Source: Rickettsiales bacterium (GTDB lineage: Bacteria; Pseudomonadota; Alphaproteobacteria; Rickettsiales; CAIPFW01). Taken from it: DNA of 34,912 nucleotides. The position numbers and the translations under genes are program-made. The notes under the pieces were generated by a model. That model was not told the DNA's origin. It saw nothing but the letters and a program-made list of their open reading frames with translations, and made no database searches. This document shows, piece after piece, positions 32,730 to 34,912 of this stretch. Position 1 is the stretch's first letter. Each line of letters begins with the position of its first letter. The stretch covers positions 1 to 34,912 of the forward strand of contig JBIKUW010000001.1 of the NCBI GenBank assembly GCA_044347385.1, given 5' to 3'.

Positions 32730-33854
32730 TTAAATAAGTCTTCCAAGAACTGGAACGCCACGCAAAACAGACTGAACAGATTTTAAAACATATTCCGCTG
32801 TAACTTCTTCTTCTGGCTGACCATTTTTCCCAAATTTAATTCCTGTTGTTTCACCATTTATATTATTAAAAACATCCTGATTAAATTGATCTCTATAATT
32901 ATCTGCTATAAAAAATAATGAGCAAGTAAAAAACTTTGTGTTTCTATCAACAAAACCATCTTTTTTTCTATGACTATCATCACTTAATTCGTTTTTTGCA
33001 AAATCAATCATAGAAACTAAATATTGAACACGACGATTCAAACCATTATATTCCTTCTTAAATCCACCCGGAGCAGTATACGGACCATTAATATCATCAA
33101 CACCGAGAATATTAAAATCCCTGCATAACTCATACACAGTTCCATATAAAAATGATGCTATTATCAGCCTTTCCTTGCTATCATTATCTATATCGGTAAA
33201 ATCTTTACCTATATTTTTACTTATAATATCCCTCACTTCTTCTAAAACAAACAACTCAAGATTCTTAATAAGCTCATCTCTATTTGTTTTTACAGCATCC
33301 CTCCTTTTACATAAAACGAAAAGAAGCGCAGCAATTGAAGCAGCTAACACAACAAAACCAACAATCATTAATGTAGGGTCTGGCGCCATTGATGCAGAAG
33401 CCGATTTACTACCAATATATATCAATGGAATTGATAAAAATAATGCACCAAATAATGTATATAATGCCATATTAGACAACAATATATGCAATATTATATT
33501 TGAAGATCTTCTTCCTTTCTTATTACTCAATTTACTTATGTAATTATGAATATTCTCTAGTTCCTTGCTTTTAAAGCCACCATTCAAGACATTATCGGAA
33601 TTATCATCAACACCTGCAACCTGCCCTTCATTATTTGCATTACGATCATCCGAAACTGTTTGAATCAAAGGAGTAGTACTACTATTATCCAAATTTTCAT
33701 ATTCTATATCTTCAGATGGCGCGGAATATCCACTACTTGAAAGACTCGATACATCATCATTCCTAACAGCATTCAAAGAAGCTTTTCTCGTAGCTATTTT
33801 ACTATCTGTGAACTCCACAAACTCTAATAATTTTTCTATATTTATTTTATTCAT
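32730..33854 (-). CDS. hypothetical membrane protein with a central two-helix hydrophobic hairpin
   Basis: 374-codon ATG ORF. Hydrophobic segments at residues about 119-147 and 161-182 are separated by a 13-aa loop (SKSASASMAPDP). Both flanking domains are hydrophilic. Confidence 0.55.
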   Translation of the reverse strand: MNKINIEKLLEFVEFTDSKIATRKASLNAVRNDDVSSLSSSGYSAPSEDIEYENLDNSSTTPLIQTVSDDRNANNEGQVAGVDDNSDNVLNGGFKSKELENIHNYISKLSNKKGRRSSNIILHILLSNMALYTLFGALFLSIPLIYIGSKSASASMAPDPTLMIVGFVVLAASIAALLFVLCKRRDAVKTNRDELIKNLELFVLEEVRDIISKNIGKDFTDIDNDSKERLIIASFLYGTVYELCRDFNILGVDDINGPYTAPGGFKKEYNGLNRRVQYLVSMIDFAKNELSDDSHRKKDGFVDRNTKFFTCSLFFIADNYRDQFNQDVFNNINGETTGIKFGKNGQPEEEVTAEYVLKSVQSVLRGVPVLGRLI

Positions 33855-34025
33855 ATTAAATTAATGACTTCTTTAACTAATTCACATCTTACTACTCCTA
33901 ACTATTAAAGTCAATTTTTTTCATTAAATTAAATTAGAATCTCTATTTTTTATAAAATAAAGCACTTAAATGCGGAAGCAAATTGCAAATAAAATCTTCA
34001 ACTAAAAGCATCTATTAAAAAAGAT

Positions 34026-34547
34026 TTAAAAAACTTTACAAAAATTTGGAAATAAATCCAATATAGACTCATGAAAATTCACAGATTCAAAATCAAAATT
34101 TTTTATATCACTTTTGCTCGAAAGATCACCAACACATCTTGCAATAAAATCACTTCTATCAACAAGATTATTTTCATTCAGATAATTTCTGTAAAACTCA
34201 AAAACTTTTTTTGCAACTAGAAAAAGTTTCTCATCGCTAATTGTCAAATCATCATGATATTCAAATGGTTTATCAAAATCGCCACACAAATATGCATCAT
34301 CAAATAAATTACACATTCGCTTCACTACATCCATTTTTGCAAACTTACTATTTACCTGACTTGTTAAATCTAAACAAACCAACTGCCTATCATAACTATC
34401 AATTATCTTTCTATCATGAAATTCAGAATTGCAAAAAGCACTATTCACTTTCTTCAGAAAATCTACTATATCCAAAACAACATGCTGACTTTTAACAATT
34501 CCCCATATATTTTTCTGAACTTCGTTCATCACAACAAACATTTTCAT
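34026..34547 (-). CDS. hypothetical soluble protein
   Basis: 173-codon ATG ORF. No motif recognised. The antisense ORF 34241..34495 is less plausible because it is His/Tyr/Gln-rich. Confidence 0.45.
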   Translation of the reverse strand: MKMFVVMNEVQKNIWGIVKSQHVVLDIVDFLKKVNSAFCNSEFHDRKIIDSYDRQLVCLDLTSQVNSKFAKMDVVKRMCNLFDDAYLCGDFDKPFEYHDDLTISDEKLFLVAKKVFEFYRNYLNENNLVDRSDFIARCVGDLSSKSDIKNFDFESVNFHESILDLFPNFCKVF

Positions 34548-34581
34548 TTATCTATTTTTATAAAAATACAATAAAACAATA

Positions 34582-34749
34582 TCAACCTTCTTTATTTGTC
34601 GTACTAAATGAAGAACTAGAACCTGATGTAGAAGGCATCTTTACATTCAAAGTTTTTGTAATACTATTCACGTAGTACATAACTTGCTTTTTAATTGCAG
34701 GATTTTGCATTAAAAGAAAAATTATTAGAATTATTAGAATAAATTTCAT
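34582..34749 (-). CDS. possible small membrane/secreted peptide (55 aa)
   Basis: Hand-translated and below the ORF-track cutoff: MKFILIILIIFLLMQNPAIKKQVMYYVNSITKTLNVKMPSTSGSSSSFSTTNKEG. Has a hydrophobic N-terminus, but there is no supporting evidence. Confidence 0.2.
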   Translation of the reverse strand: MKFILIILIIFLLMQNPAIKKQVMYYVNSITKTLNVKMPSTSGSSSSFSTTNKEG

Positions 34750-34912
34750 AATTATTCATATTTTATAAAATTACCCGATACTATACCATATTTAAATAAA
34801 ATAAGCATTAATTTTTACTCATAATGATTTGAAAAATCTTTATTAATTTAATTTTATATTACAAAATCATAATATTTTCATACTTACTTTTTCAATCTTA
34901 TATATTATAATC

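Noticed and set aside
1-34912. Alternative genetic code (UGA read as Trp) as in some reduced genomes
   Set aside because: All recognisable housekeeping genes are full length with standard stops. Conserved Trp positions (for example in tkt and glyA) fall in uninterrupted ORFs, and at least one ORF (10436..10792) plausibly ends at TGA. Nothing requires recoding.

Overview
AT-rich (roughly 30% G+C by eye), gene-dense window. It looks like a reduced-genome, host-associated alphaproteobacterium, probably Rickettsiales-like. That inference rests on a type-A RNase P RNA, a GroEL ending ...PGMGGMGGMDY, and RPE-like palindromic repeats.

About half the coding capacity is recognisable housekeeping: groES-groEL, tkt, glyA, hemW, def, murD, rnpB, an IscR-like regulator plus a cysteine desulfurase, mltG, hslV, bioD, serS and tRNA-Val(GAC). 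There is also an MBL-fold hydrolase, a pentapeptide-repeat protein and a spermidine-synthase-like methyltransferase.

Interleaved with these are about 18 lineage-specific ORFs. Most are single-pass or hairpin membrane proteins, coiled-coil proteins, or K/N/D/E/S-rich low-complexity proteins, and several occur as tandem paralogue pairs.

I see no rRNA, CRISPR array, transposase, integrase, toxin-antitoxin pair, or known defence or secretion-apparatus gene.

The most noteworthy signals are:
1. A family of about 100-bp MITE/RPE-like palindromic elements. It sits in four intergenic clusters between 19.7 and 28.0 kb and carries a second element nested inside three copies. It includes a 1-kb array where hslU would normally follow hslV.
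2. An orphan 486-aa protein with a WH2-like motif followed by acidic Trp motifs, an arrangement like the WCA module of actin-nucleation factors.
3. An orphan protein with PPPY, NPF and RGD motifs, bracketed by inverted repeat copies.
4. A shared C-terminal NIFxxF(x)NPFS motif in two otherwise unrelated membrane-anchored proteins.
5. A GroEL whose N-terminal equatorial segment, including the DGTTT phosphate loop, is unusually diverged.

All functional readings of the orphan ORFs are hypotheses from motif inspection. No searches were run.
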